Positions 9,705-19,432 of a DNA stretch of 64,000 nucleotides are shown in pieces (position 1 is the first letter of the stretch; each line of letters opens with the position of its first letter). The DNA comes from a virus. Under the pieces are notes generated by a model. That model saw only the letters and a program-made list of their open reading frames with translations. It did not search any database and was not told the origin of the DNA. The stretch is from the IMG/VR virus record IMGVR_UViG_3300047564_006544, positions 1 to 64,000 of that record; one strand, written 5' to 3'. Position numbers and translations under genes: made by a program.

Positions 9705-10862
9705 TTACTCCATTACATCAAAAATTGTTTCTGTATCTTCTGCCATATCTTCATCGTCAGATGGTAGTGAGCCTTCTACCTGACCACTTAAATACTTTTG
9801 GCGACATAGATCTTCTACTCCGCCGAAGCAAGCTTCGTCCTTTAGATAGTCTACCATTAGCTGCCTGCTTGTAAATTTCTCATCACCAATCTCATATGTC
9901 CTGTTGTTTGGTCTGCTTATTACTCCACAAAGAACTGCAAGATCTAGAAGCTCCTCCTCTCTATTAATTAGTCCTTCTGTATACTTTATTGTATAGACTG
10001 CCTCACGGAATGGAGCGCCAACTTTATTCTTTTGAATTTTTGCTCTCACCTTGTGACCGACAACAACCTCATTATCATCTTCAATTCTGCTATCAGCAGA
10101 ATTGATTGGTGCCATGTTGATCATTACACTGCAAGCGTGCTTTAGTGCTTTGCCACCTGGAGAATCCTCTGGATTACCATACATTACGCCTGGATTAACA
10201 CGAACCTGATTGATGAAGATCATTGAGACGTTTGCTTCTGCAACAGCAGGAGTAAGCTTCTTAAGCTCTGTAGAGAGGAATCTTGGCATTGGTGCCATGT
10301 TCTGCTTGCCGATTGCAGCATCGACCTCCATTGGAGTATTCATTGCCGCTACAGAGTCAAGAACAATTAGTCCTAGGTTTTTAAACTTTGGATCCTCTCC
10401 TTCTTTTACAAGATCTAGAACTCCCTTGACGCTCTTTGAAGACTTGCCAGTATTTTTATTTACTGTAGTCTTTCCAAGAAGACCTTCAAAAATCTTTTTT
10501 GCATCATTTGTCTTGGCGACAATAACCCTCTTTGTATCGACACCAAGCTGCCTTGCCCAGCCTGCATCATAAGTATATTCTGCATCAATAAACATTACTG
10601 TATTCTCTGGATTCTCATCAAGCCAAGACTTCATGCATAGAAGTGATAGAAGGGTCTTGCCAGAGCTTTCCTTTCCTGCGAGCTGAATAATTCTTCCTCT
10701 TGGCATACCTCCAATTCCAAGAGCATAATCAAGAGAGGGGCTTCCAGTCTTAATTACATCATATGTTCCTACTGTTTCAATATCGCCATCTAGATATAGA
10801 GTATCTTCTCCAAAAAGAGAAAGGATATCCTTTTCGCCTTCGGTTGGCTTTTTGCTGCTCAT
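9705..10862 (-). CDS. recA: RecA recombinase
   Basis: TGSPSLDYALGIGGMPRGRII, GKESSGKT, FIDAE, VLDSVAA, FINQVR, PGGKALK, KNKVGAPF. Confidence 0.95.
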   Translation of the reverse strand: MSSKKPTEGEKDILSLFGEDTLYLDGDIETVGTYDVIKTGSPSLDYALGIGGMPRGRIIQLAGKESSGKTLLSLLCMKSWLDENPENTVMFIDAEYTYDAGWARQLGVDTKRVIVAKTNDAKKIFEGLLGKTTVNKNTGKSSKSVKGVLDLVKEGEDPKFKNLGLIVLDSVAAMNTPMEVDAAIGKQNMAPMPRFLSTELKKLTPAVAEANVSMIFINQVRVNPGVMYGNPEDSPGGKALKHACSVMINMAPINSADSRIEDDNEVVVGHKVRAKIQKNKVGAPFREAVYTIKYTEGLINREEELLDLAVLCGVISRPNNRTYEIGDEKFTSRQLMVDYLKDEACFGGVEDLCRQKYLSGQVEGSLPSDDEDMAEDTETIFDVME

Positions 10863-10874
10863 TTTTTCTCCAGT

Positions 10875-12518
10875 TTAATACTTGTGATTGAGGTTTGTAT
10901 CTGAGGGTGGACGCCAGCCAGCGGGAGGTTGCCAGCCGGATGGTTTCTCTGGATTTTCTGCCATCACTGCTTCTGTGTTTATTAGAAGTAGTGCAGCACT
11001 AACTGCATTTTTTAGTGCTGTTTCTGTTACCTTTTTTGGATCTACTACGCCAAGATCTAGAAGATTTCCAACCTCTCCGGTGACTAAATTATACCCCACC
11101 CAAGGATCGTTATGGTTGCCAATTTTTGCCAAAATATCTTCTGGAGAAATATAGCCATTCTCTAAAATCTGTCTGAATGGCTTTTGGCAAGCTGATATAA
11201 GAACCTTCGCTGCTGGTCTAAATTTCTCTGGAATTGATGAAATATCAATTGAGAGTGATGCTCTAAGTAGAGCAGTTCCACCTCCAGGAAGTATACCGCT
11301 CTCGATTGCTGCCTTCGTAGCGCATACGGCGTCTTCTACCCTATCACCCTTCTCGCGAAGCTCTGCCTCAGTGGAGTAGCCTACGCATACAACTGCTGCC
11401 TTGCTCTGGAGGAAGGCGAGCCTTGCTCGCACATCCTTTCTGTCGGTATCTGATATTGCAGTATCAAGAGTAGCGTTATAGATTAACTCCTTCTCCTTAA
11501 TTGCTGCTTCATTTTTTGCACCACTAATTATAGTGGTATTGTATCTTGTTATATTTATCTTCTTTGCGAAACCAAGAGATTCTACTGTTGCTCCAGATAG
11601 AGGATTTCCCTTGTCTTCTGAGAAAACAGAAGTTCCAACAAGAATTGCAAGATCATCTAGCCACTGATCGTTATACTTTCCAAAGTTTGGATACTCAACA
11701 GCAACAGCATTGAGTCTGCCGGATCTTCTATTTACAACAAGAGTCTGTAGTGCCTCCTGCTTTATTCCTCTCGCAATAATTAAGAGTGACTTGTTTTGCT
11801 CATGTACTCTAGAGAGAACCTGCATAAAATCCTGCATATGTGTCATTTCTCTATCACAGATTAGGACATATGGATTTTCAAGAGTTACAGGATCTTCACC
11901 AGCATTTAGAAGTGCTGGAGTGCAATACCCAGCTCTAATCTCTATACCGTCAGTTACCCTAAAGTGTGTATTCTTTCCTGGTGTTGCTTCTGCAGTAACT
12001 ACGCCATTTTGACCTACAGCTTCAAATGCCCCAGAGATTGCATCGCCAAGTGAAGAATCATTATTTGCAGAGATTGTAGCAATGCTCTGAATGTCTCTCG
12101 TAGATGATACTGGTCTTGAAAGCTTATTTATCTGATCTAAAACCAAAGATAGTGTATAGTTGATTCCATCTCTAAAATAGATTGGATTTACGCCATCTTT
12201 AATTACGGCTACTCCTCCACCGAGTATTTCTGCGGCCAAAACAGTTGCCGTTGTAGTTCCATCACCAGCAACATCGGCGGTTCTTCCAGATACCTCTTTT
12301 ACCATCTGAGAACCAAGTTCTTCTATTGGATCGTCAAGAACAACCTCTCTTGCTACAGATACTCCGTCCTTTGTAACTACAGGTGCTCCAACTGATCTGC
12401 CCATAAGAACATTTCTTCCGTATGGTCCCATAGTTGTAGCAACGGTTCTTGCAAGCTTATTTGCACCTTCAAGAACTCTATTTCTTGCTTCTTCTCCATA
12501 TAAAGTAATCTTAGACAC
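10875..12518 (-). CDS. groEL: Chaperonin GroEL, paralog 1
   Basis: [61 protein letters not shown]; GTG start. Confidence 0.95.
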   Translation of the reverse strand: MSKITLYGEEARNRVLEGANKLARTVATTMGPYGRNVLMGRSVGAPVVTKDGVSVAREVVLDDPIEELGSQMVKEVSGRTADVAGDGTTTATVLAAEILGGGVAVIKDGVNPIYFRDGINYTLSLVLDQINKLSRPVSSTRDIQSIATISANNDSSLGDAISGAFEAVGQNGVVTAEATPGKNTHFRVTDGIEIRAGYCTPALLNAGEDPVTLENPYVLICDREMTHMQDFMQVLSRVHEQNKSLLIIARGIKQEALQTLVVNRRSGRLNAVAVEYPNFGKYNDQWLDDLAILVGTSVFSEDKGNPLSGATVESLGFAKKINITRYNTTIISGAKNEAAIKEKELIYNATLDTAISDTDRKDVRARLAFLQSKAAVVCVGYSTEAELREKGDRVEDAVCATKAAIESGILPGGGTALLRASLSIDISSIPEKFRPAAKVLISACQKPFRQILENGYISPEDILAKIGNHNDPWVGYNLVTGEVGNLLDLGVVDPKKVTETALKNAVSAALLLINTEAVMAENPEKPSGWQPPAGWRPPSDTNLNHKY

Positions 12519-12527
12519 CTTTAACTC

Positions 12528-13067
12528 CTATTTATTTTGATTTACTATTGCGTGACAAAACGCAACCGCAATAGCGTCAGCCTGATCAAAAGATTCTGTA
12601 CCTATGTTACCATTTTTATTTACTCTTGGTGTAAAATTAGAAAATGTTGATTTTATAACTTCAAATATTTGATCTTTTGATATTGACTTGTTTTTTAAAT
12701 ATTTTGAAATTGTAGATCTTATGTTTGCTACAGTATATTTATCTGTTTCAATTCCAATTGAATCAAGCGATGTTAGTGACATCAATTCATTGAAAAATGA
12801 AAGAACTATAATTGTTCTTGCGCTACTTCTGCCAGCACTAAATCTATTTGCATACATTTCAACTGCCACGGCATCTGGAGATTCTGCCTTTAAAAGCTCC
12901 CTTACTTTTTTTGAAGCCTCAAGACCCCTGAACGCAAGAGAGCCTTTATCGGAACCTGGTGGCTTTATATGCCCATACTTTATAAGGTTTATACTATCCT
13001 TATCAAACTCAATTATTCCATAACCTATTACAGATGAACTAACATCTAATCCAATTACTTTTTTCAT
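12528..13067 (-). CDS. ruvC: Holliday junction resolvase, RuvC-like
   Basis: VIGLDVSSSVIGYG, VAVE, DQADAIAVA acidic motifs. Confidence 0.85.
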   Translation of the reverse strand: MKKVIGLDVSSSVIGYGIIEFDKDSINLIKYGHIKPPGSDKGSLAFRGLEASKKVRELLKAESPDAVAVEMYANRFSAGRSSARTIIVLSFFNELMSLTSLDSIGIETDKYTVANIRSTISKYLKNKSISKDQIFEVIKSTFSNFTPRVNKNGNIGTESFDQADAIAVAFCHAIVNQNK

Positions 13068-13072
13068 AGGTT

Positions 13073-13079
13073 ATGATAC
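13073..13079 (-). promoter_or_regulatory. Sigma70-type -10 element GTATCAT, probably leaderless transcript
   Basis: 5 nt upstream of the ruvC ATG, directly after a terminator; no RBS. Confidence 0.5.
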
Positions 13080-13091
13080 TGCAAAAATAAA

Positions 13092-13127
13092 AAACGCGCA
13101 CATGCGTGTTTGCACATGTGCGCGTTT
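13092..13127 (-). terminator. Intrinsic terminator after ssb
   Basis: 13-bp inverted repeat AAACGCGCACATG / CATGTGCGCGTTT with T-run. Confidence 0.8.
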
Positions 13128-13140
13128 ATTTTATAAAAGA

Positions 13141-13791
13141 CTACTCAAAGTCAAAGTCAAAGCTCTTTGAGGAAGATGCAGTCTTCTTTGCTGGAACATC
13201 GTCATCTTCGTCTCTAGCAGAAGATGTAGAAAATCCGAGCATTTTTGATACTTCATCAGCAGGCATTGGTGAAATTAACTTATCAAGATTGATTCGATCA
13301 TTAAAGTCAATGAACTTCTGCTTAAAGGTTGACTCAAGTGATTCCTTTGGATTTGGAGTTACTGAGTATAGTGGCTGCTGACCCTTTGGTCCACGGTTAA
13401 TTGAAATATCATATCCGGTTACCTTACCCCACTTTGGATTATTGAAAAGAGTCTGAATACCCTTGTAGATTTGGTTTCCAATCTCAAGAAGCTTGAACTC
13501 ATTATCTGAGCGATCAAGTACCTTGATAATCCAGTTTGGCTGACGACGGAAGCCAGCCTCCTCAAGCTTCTTAACTAGAGCTGGACTATTTGATGGACTT
13601 ACAATCTTTCTCTGTGTTCCATCTGGAAGAGTTACCCAGTGAATATATGTCTGAACTGGATTGCCCATGATTCGAACTACATTTTCTCCCTCTTTTAGTC
13701 TCATGTAATCATTTTTACCGCCACCGCTCTTTGGGGATGGGAGGTCTGCTTCGTTCCAATCAATCTCGCCAGATACTACTTCTTTTGCCAT
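13141..13791 (-). CDS. Single-stranded DNA-binding protein (gp32-like)
   Basis: DYMRLKEGENVVRIMG, GYDISINR, acidic/aromatic tail DEDDD...FDFDFE; recombination-gene context. Confidence 0.7.
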   Translation of the reverse strand: MAKEVVSGEIDWNEADLPSPKSGGGKNDYMRLKEGENVVRIMGNPVQTYIHWVTLPDGTQRKIVSPSNSPALVKKLEEAGFRRQPNWIIKVLDRSDNEFKLLEIGNQIYKGIQTLFNNPKWGKVTGYDISINRGPKGQQPLYSVTPNPKESLESTFKQKFIDFNDRINLDKLISPMPADEVSKMLGFSTSSARDEDDDVPAKKTASSSKSFDFDFE

Positions 13792-13827
13792 TTTATACTC
13801 CTATTTTATGAATCAAATTAGAATCAG

Positions 13828-14391
13828 TTATTTCCAATCAATATCACCACAGATGTCTTTATTTTCCTGACTTCCACGGCTGCGGAACCCGTGATCGTCA
13901 GATTCATTATACTCCGGCGTGGGAGCAAAAGTTGAATAATTTGAGGAGGCCTCTATACCATAATCTCTCCTTAGGAATGATTTTAGAGAATAATGCCACA
14001 TTGAAAAATACTTTATTTTATTTTCTAGCCATAGCTTGCAGACTTTTGCTTTTTCAAGCTCATCTTTAACTGCAATAACTTCATCATCAGATTGAATAAA
14101 CCATTCTTTTTCTTTTGCGGTTTTATAGCCTGCATTTTTTGCTCTTATAAGCGCGGACTCTGCTTCTGCTTTGTCATAGGCTGTTTTCTTTATCGAAATC
14201 CATCTTTCAACCTGGATTATCTTTTCTTGACAAAGATCTTGCGCTTCGATTGTTGATACCAAGTAAAGCTCTGCAATATTTGCATCAATAACTTTTGTTT
14301 TTGGCAGAGAAGCTGCCAACCTTTGAATTTCAGTTATATCAAGGTTTTCTATTGAAAACTCCTTGGTATTTATTACCTCGCTGAAGCGCAT
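13828..14391 (-). CDS. Putative recombination mediator (UvsY-like helical protein)
   Basis: TAKEKEWFIQSDDEVIAVKDELEKAK segment; adjacent to ssb, ruvC and recA. Confidence 0.45.
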   Translation of the reverse strand: MRFSEVINTKEFSIENLDITEIQRLAASLPKTKVIDANIAELYLVSTIEAQDLCQEKIIQVERWISIKKTAYDKAEAESALIRAKNAGYKTAKEKEWFIQSDDEVIAVKDELEKAKVCKLWLENKIKYFSMWHYSLKSFLRRDYGIEASSNYSTFAPTPEYNESDDHGFRSRGSQENKDICGDIDWK

Positions 14392-14445
14392 CGTGCCTTC
14401 CTTCCTTCCCTTAAATAGTACGCGGCTCGTTATAGCGGAACTATT

Positions 14446-14739
14446 CTATTTTTGCTCCAGAGTTTTAATTCTCTCTTCAAGATCTGCTACCTTTTGAACG
14501 AACCTTTCTACCTGCCTCATTCTCTGGTTGAAAGATACATTTAGGAGAAAAAACAATACAGGCTGAGGGGTTGGTTTGTCTAGTGGTGGAGATATTCCGG
14601 CAATATTTCCGGCAAGATCGGTTTGGAAAAGACCCCTGAAAGAATCTTCTCCAAACATTTGCTTTAACCTCTCGTAATATTCCCATTCTTCTCTTGATAA
14701 AGAGATTCTTGTATTTGCAATTGATTTAAAATTAGACAT
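14446..14739 (-). CDS. Hypothetical protein
   Basis: 97 aa, C-terminal coiled coil, overlaps the upstream gene. Confidence 0.65.
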   Translation of the reverse strand: MSNFKSIANTRISLSREEWEYYERLKQMFGEDSFRGLFQTDLAGNIAGISPPLDKPTPQPVLFFLLNVSFNQRMRQVERFVQKVADLEERIKTLEQK

Positions 14740-15334
14740 CGTCAGATCTTGATATTCCCTGAAACTTTCTTAAAGTTGGAGATGTTTTATAAAGATGCTT
14801 TAATCTCTTTACTCTATCATCAACATCTTCATCTGAGTCATCAGAAGAATCTTCGTCATCACCATACTCGTCATCTGGTTCATTATCTGCAGATGACATT
14901 CTTCTCAGAGATCTGGCTGGAGTGGCCTGGTTATTACGATCTGCTATTGCTGCAATTCTTGCTATTCTTTTTGTTGGAAGTTTTGGTCTATCATCTTCTT
15001 CAGGGGCAGAAGAATTTTCTAATTCTTCACTATCATCAGACTCTGGCTCATTTTTTGTATTGTCGCTTACAGCGGAAAGACCCATTTCTTTCTTTAGATC
15101 AAATTTAATAAAAATACTTAGATCATAAATAAGGTTTTGAACTAAATCTTTATTTAGCTGTTCAGATAGTGATATCATAAATTCTTGAGCCTGAAGCTTC
15201 TTATTTATTGCTCCAATCTCATGAGAATCAAGATCTGATAGCAGAGTTCCTCCGCAAGAAGGACAAAAGTTTTTTACAAGTGCAAATCTCATCTTTGGCA
15301 GAATTTTAAAATTACATTTTTGACAACTTAACAT
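14732..15334 (-). CDS. Zinc-ribbon protein with acidic disordered region
   Basis: CQKC...CPSCGG; D/E-rich C-terminal half. Confidence 0.7.
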   Translation of the reverse strand: MLSCQKCNFKILPKMRFALVKNFCPSCGGTLLSDLDSHEIGAINKKLQAQEFMISLSEQLNKDLVQNLIYDLSIFIKFDLKKEMGLSAVSDNTKNEPESDDSEELENSSAPEEDDRPKLPTKRIARIAAIADRNNQATPARSLRRMSSADNEPDDEYGDDEDSSDDSDEDVDDRVKRLKHLYKTSPTLRKFQGISRSDDV

Positions 15335-15352
15335 GATGATTCCTCATTTTTA

Positions 15353-15391
15353 ATTGTACTAATTTTTATATCTAATATTTTAGCTACTAAT
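15353..15391. promoter_or_regulatory. Divergent promoter region: GTACAAT (-10, minus strand, 15353-15359) and CTACTAAT (plus strand, 15384-15391)
   Basis: Lies between the divergent genes starting at 15334 (-) and 15408 (+). Confidence 0.45.
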
Positions 15392-15407
15392 TTTAAAATT
15401 TTATATT

Positions 15408-15965
15408 ATGAAAAATAAAATATTAAAATTATCAAAAATTCTTTTTAACCTAAATCTCAAAAAAGAAGCATCTGAAGTCTCCGAGCTTACAGCAGACAGC
15501 TCTCCAAGCAGGGTTGAATTTTCCGGAATATTAAAGCTAAGTCCATCAAATCCTCCTACCGATCTCCAAGGCTCCCTGTCTGGCTATTTTGAAGAACGCG
15601 GATTGAAGCCACTTCCTGTGGAAAAGCTACATATAACACTTTTGAATCAGGCAGTTTTAAAGCCATTTGCAAAGGATCTAAAGGGAAAGCCCTTTCCAGA
15701 ATATGATGGATCAATAACATACGGAGATATATATTCTATAATAAGAGAAGACGAGGGAAAGGAATCTGTCTTTGTCGTAATTGAAGAACAGAGAGAACTT
15801 TCTGATTATATATCTAAAACACTAAGCGAAATGGGCATTCCTGCTGAACCAGAACCAAATAGAATCTATCATATATCCCTTGGTAACAAAACCGGCAATC
15901 CTCTCGACTCTGTTGGTCATAGCGAAGCAAAACCAATGAGACTAGAGGATTGCACAAAGATTTAG
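15408..15965 (+). CDS. 2H phosphoesterase (2',5'-RNA ligase / Acb1-like fold) with N-terminal helical tag
   Basis: Two HxT/S motifs (LHITLL, YHISLG) about 80 aa apart; N-terminus KILKLSKILFNLNLKKEASEV. Confidence 0.7.
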   Translation: MKNKILKLSKILFNLNLKKEASEVSELTADSSPSRVEFSGILKLSPSNPPTDLQGSLSGYFEERGLKPLPVEKLHITLLNQAVLKPFAKDLKGKPFPEYDGSITYGDIYSIIREDEGKESVFVVIEEQRELSDYISKTLSEMGIPAEPEPNRIYHISLGNKTGNPLDSVGHSEAKPMRLEDCTKI

Positions 15966-15968
15966 TTT

Positions 15969-18900
15969 CTAGACCTTTTTGATTCCAAAGACCTCTAGCA
16001 TTTCAACTAGATTGAGTGATTTTTCTTCCATATATTCTCCAATCTCGCAGATTGCTTTAAATGGTATGCCATCCTTGAGGGTTGTAACATATTTCTCGTA
16101 ATCTTCGGTCCATAGAGTTAACCCAATTGTATTTCCTTCAAGATCTTCAATTAGGTACTTTCCAAATTTCCTTCCGATATTTTTACCATTCTTGATCTTG
16201 AACTCTTTGCTGAGTGCTTTTACTATTCCCTCAACCTTGACTTTGGACTTAACCTTCATAAACTTTATGTCTTTAAACTTGAAGGTATCAGAGCCGCCCT
16301 TAAAGAATCCCTTGAAAATCTCGTGAGTATCTCCAGATAGTGTTCTTCCCATAACCTCTCTTTCGTTATAAAGGAATTCTTTTCTTTCCCACTCCTCCTC
16401 TGTTCTTCCAAGATCGGAATCCTTAATCATCTTGCCCTTCTTAATTGCGTTCTTTACTTTTGTTCGGTAAGAATCAAAGTTATCATAGATATCTTTTCTT
16501 GTTCTACCAAATACATCTAGAGCACCACAGGCAGCAAGAGATTGAATAGAGCCTTTTCCAATGAAGGGCTGAGATTCAATTTTGCAAGTCTTTGGTAGTG
16601 CGTTTCCTGTGCCAACCCAATCCATGGCTGGAGTTACAGTCTCTTCCTCTTCCTCAGTCTCGCCCTTGCAGATAATGCTGTTACCCTTTAGGAGAAAGTC
16701 ACAGAAATCTTCAAATGGCTGGGCCTTTAGAAGCTGGGAGATTGCTGCTGGTCCAACTCCCTTTACTGCCGCAAATCCCGTTGCAATCTTCTTATCATCA
16801 ATAACCTTGTAGTTCTCAGCTCCCTTGTTTATATCTGGAGGAGTAATTACAATTCCGAGTCGCTTACACTCCGCTAGGTATTCCTGTGCTCCATCTGAGT
16901 TTGGATCAGTGAGATTTAGAGTGGCACACATAAACTCTGTTGGATAGTGACACTTAAGCCAAGCAGTTTGAACAGAGATAATGGAATATGAAATTGCATG
17001 GGACTTGTTGAATCCGTAGCCAGAGAAGCTTGAAATCTCATGCTCCCAAACCTCTTGGGCTTCTTCATAAGTCATCTTTGAGTGCTCCATGCAGCCCTTA
17101 ATGAAGTTTGCCTCTGTCTTTAGAGCTAGTTCTGGATCTTTACCCTTTAGCTTTGTTAACTTACGAAGATTATCTGCTTCATTTAGATCCCATCCAGCAC
17201 AATCCCTTGCAATACTCATCATGCTCTCTTCATAGAGGGAAATTCCATAAGTATCTTTTAGTGCTCTCTCAAGAGTTGGATGAGTATATCTAATCTTTTC
17301 TATGCCAAAGCGACGTTGAATATAGGCCTTTCTCTGTTCTGGTGGACAGCTTGGACGACCTAGTGCATTGATCGCTGCAACAGTATCAACGTCTGTTGGC
17401 TTAATCTTCATACAAAGTGGTGATAGCGAAGACTCTAGCTGAAATACTCCAAGATTATCTCCCTTGGAAATCATCTTGTATGTCTTTGGATCATCAAGCG
17501 GAATCTCATCAATTCCAATCTTCTTGCCCGTTGTCTCCTCAATATACTTTAGTGTCTCAGAGATAATAATCAGAGTCTTCAGTCCAAGAACGTCCATCTT
17601 TACAAGACCAAATTCCTCTGCTCTTGTCTTTTCCCACTGAGTTGCAGTTACTGTTTCACCAGAGTCTTCATCGACACCAATTCTTAGAGGTACCATTTCA
17701 TATAGTGGACGATCTCCAATCACCACTCCTGCGGCATGAACTGACCACTGACGAGTAAGGTTTTGAAGCTTTGTTGAAAACTCCTTTACATCAGGATACT
17801 TTTGCATAAATTTTGCAAATTCCTTATTTCCATCAATAGCCTCTTCTATCGTATGAACGTCTGGCATGATGGAAGTAAGGTGATTTGCGATTTCAAATGC
17901 AGAGGATTTATCACCACCAATTTCAAGAGATCTGGCAACGTCCTTTAGAACTACCTTTGGAGACAGTGTTGACCAGTTACTAATCTGGGCAACATATTCC
18001 TTTCCGTACCTTTCCTTAATATAGGCCTTAACCTTATCTGGGTGAGAAAAATCAGAGTCAATATCTGGGAAAGACTTCTTCTGCTTGTTGTGGAATCTCT
18101 CAAAAAGAAGGTTGTATTTGATTGGATCTACCTTTGTAATTCCAATTAGAAATGCAACAAGAGAGCCTGCTCCAGATCCACGGGCCGGACCAACAATAAC
18201 GCCATTATTATTTGCCCAATTGATATAGTCCGCAACGATTAACATATAAGACGAAAAGTTATGCAGCTCTAATACAGAAAGCTCATACTTTACTCGATTC
18301 CAATAGTCTCTCTTTTTCTCTGGAGAGAAACCATCGGTGAATAGCTTGAAACCTTCTACGCAACGATAGCGAAGATATGCTTTATCCTCTGGCAGCTCCT
18401 CGCAATTCTCCTGCCACCATACTTTAAATTCAATATAATCTTGCTGGTGCTTTACTGGAAACTGCGGAAGAATAGCTCCACGAGACTTAAGATAATGAGG
18501 CTCTTCACAAGCTGCTGCAATCTTAAGAGAGTTGTTCATAGCGATTGTTCCAACATGATTACCGAAGAAATCTGTAATCTCATGGAATGGCTTTAGGTAC
18601 ATTTCCTGTACGCCATAACGGAAGCGATTTGGATCTGACAGTGGCTTCTTATCTTTAATCGCAAGCATCATATCGTGATATTTTGCATGATCACGATCAA
18701 GATAATGCGCATCGCAAGTAGCAACATATGGAATATCGTGCTTTCTAGATAGACCAATAAGTGTGTCGTTTAGCTTTACCTGATCTACATTTCCATCGTC
18801 TGTCTTAAGAGCATGTGGCTGAATCTCAAGAAACAACCTGTCCTTAAACACAGACTTTAATCTCAAGACATTTTCTTCAGCTTTATCAAGACGATCTTGA

Positions 18901-19346
18901 ACGATATCTCTTGATAGAACTCCATTTGAACAAGCAGTAAGGCAGAAAATATCTTCATTGAACTCTTCAATGTGATTCCAGGAGATTCTTGGTGTAAGCT
19001 TACCCATATAACCAGATGCCTGATTGTTATAAGCTTCATAATTTAGACGAAGAATGTTCTTGTAGCCCCTCTCTGTCTTTGGAACAAGAACCATGTGATT
19101 TGACTTTTTCTCAGAAAGATCTGGAGCAAAATAAACTTCCATTCCTGGAATAAGCTTTACTCCAGTCTTCTGTGATGCCTTGTAAGCATCATAATGAGCA
19201 GTCATTGTACCGTGATCGGTAATAGCAATAGAAGGATGATCTAGCTCCTTTGCCTTCTCAAAAAGAAGCCCTACATCATTCATTCCGTCTAGTGGGCTAC
19301 CCTGCTCTGTGTGGTTGTGAAGAGATACGAAAGGTCCGTTGGGCAT
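15969..19346 (-). CDS. dnaE: DNA polymerase III alpha subunit
   Basis: PHP motifs (HNHT, TDHG, GMEVY, DAHY), GPARGSGAGSLV, FERF, FPDIDSDF, HAAGVVI, KMDVLGL, YGFNKSH, C-terminal OB fold. Confidence 0.97.
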   Translation of the reverse strand: MPNGPFVSLHNHTEQGSPLDGMNDVGLLFEKAKELDHPSIAITDHGTMTAHYDAYKASQKTGVKLIPGMEVYFAPDLSEKKSNHMVLVPKTERGYKNILRLNYEAYNNQASGYMGKLTPRISWNHIEEFNEDIFCLTACSNGVLSRDIVQDRLDKAEENVLRLKSVFKDRLFLEIQPHALKTDDGNVDQVKLNDTLIGLSRKHDIPYVATCDAHYLDRDHAKYHDMMLAIKDKKPLSDPNRFRYGVQEMYLKPFHEITDFFGNHVGTIAMNNSLKIAAACEEPHYLKSRGAILPQFPVKHQQDYIEFKVWWQENCEELPEDKAYLRYRCVEGFKLFTDGFSPEKKRDYWNRVKYELSVLELHNFSSYMLIVADYINWANNNGVIVGPARGSGAGSLVAFLIGITKVDPIKYNLLFERFHNKQKKSFPDIDSDFSHPDKVKAYIKERYGKEYVAQISNWSTLSPKVVLKDVARSLEIGGDKSSAFEIANHLTSIMPDVHTIEEAIDGNKEFAKFMQKYPDVKEFSTKLQNLTRQWSVHAAGVVIGDRPLYEMVPLRIGVDEDSGETVTATQWEKTRAEEFGLVKMDVLGLKTLIIISETLKYIEETTGKKIGIDEIPLDDPKTYKMISKGDNLGVFQLESSLSPLCMKIKPTDVDTVAAINALGRPSCPPEQRKAYIQRRFGIEKIRYTHPTLERALKDTYGISLYEESMMSIARDCAGWDLNEADNLRKLTKLKGKDPELALKTEANFIKGCMEHSKMTYEEAQEVWEHEISSFSGYGFNKSHAISYSIISVQTAWLKCHYPTEFMCATLNLTDPNSDGAQEYLAECKRLGIVITPPDINKGAENYKVIDDKKIATGFAAVKGVGPAAISQLLKAQPFEDFCDFLLKGNSIICKGETEEEEETVTPAMDWVGTGNALPKTCKIESQPFIGKGSIQSLAACGALDVFGRTRKDIYDNFDSYRTKVKNAIKKGKMIKDSDLGRTEEEWERKEFLYNEREVMGRTLSGDTHEIFKGFFKGGSDTFKFKDIKFMKVKSKVKVEGIVKALSKEFKIKNGKNIGRKFGKYLIEDLEGNTIGLTLWTEDYEKYVTTLKDGIPFKAICEIGEYMEEKSLNLVEMLEVFGIKKV

Positions 19347-19362
19347 AAAATCCTCGCCTTAT

Positions 19363-19369
19363 ATTGTAC
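19363..19369 (-). promoter_or_regulatory. -10 element GTACAAT for dnaE
   Basis: Follows a terminator and precedes GAGG RBS; same motif class at 35341, 37661, 41344, 45351 and 53676. Confidence 0.5.
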
Positions 19370-19378
19370 GCGAACGAA

Positions 19379-19410
19379 AAGAGCGGGAGAATTCTACTTC
19401 TCCCGCTCTT
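19379..19410 (-). terminator. Intrinsic terminator
   Basis: 13-bp inverted repeat AAGAGCGGGAGAA / TTCTCCCGCTCTT. Confidence 0.8.
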
Positions 19411-19432
19411 CTTTTATTTTTAAAAGGCCGTA

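Noticed and set aside
9705-19346. Inteins or introns in recA and dnaE
   Set aside because: Lengths are normal, there are no C...HN splice motifs, and only short loop insertions are present.
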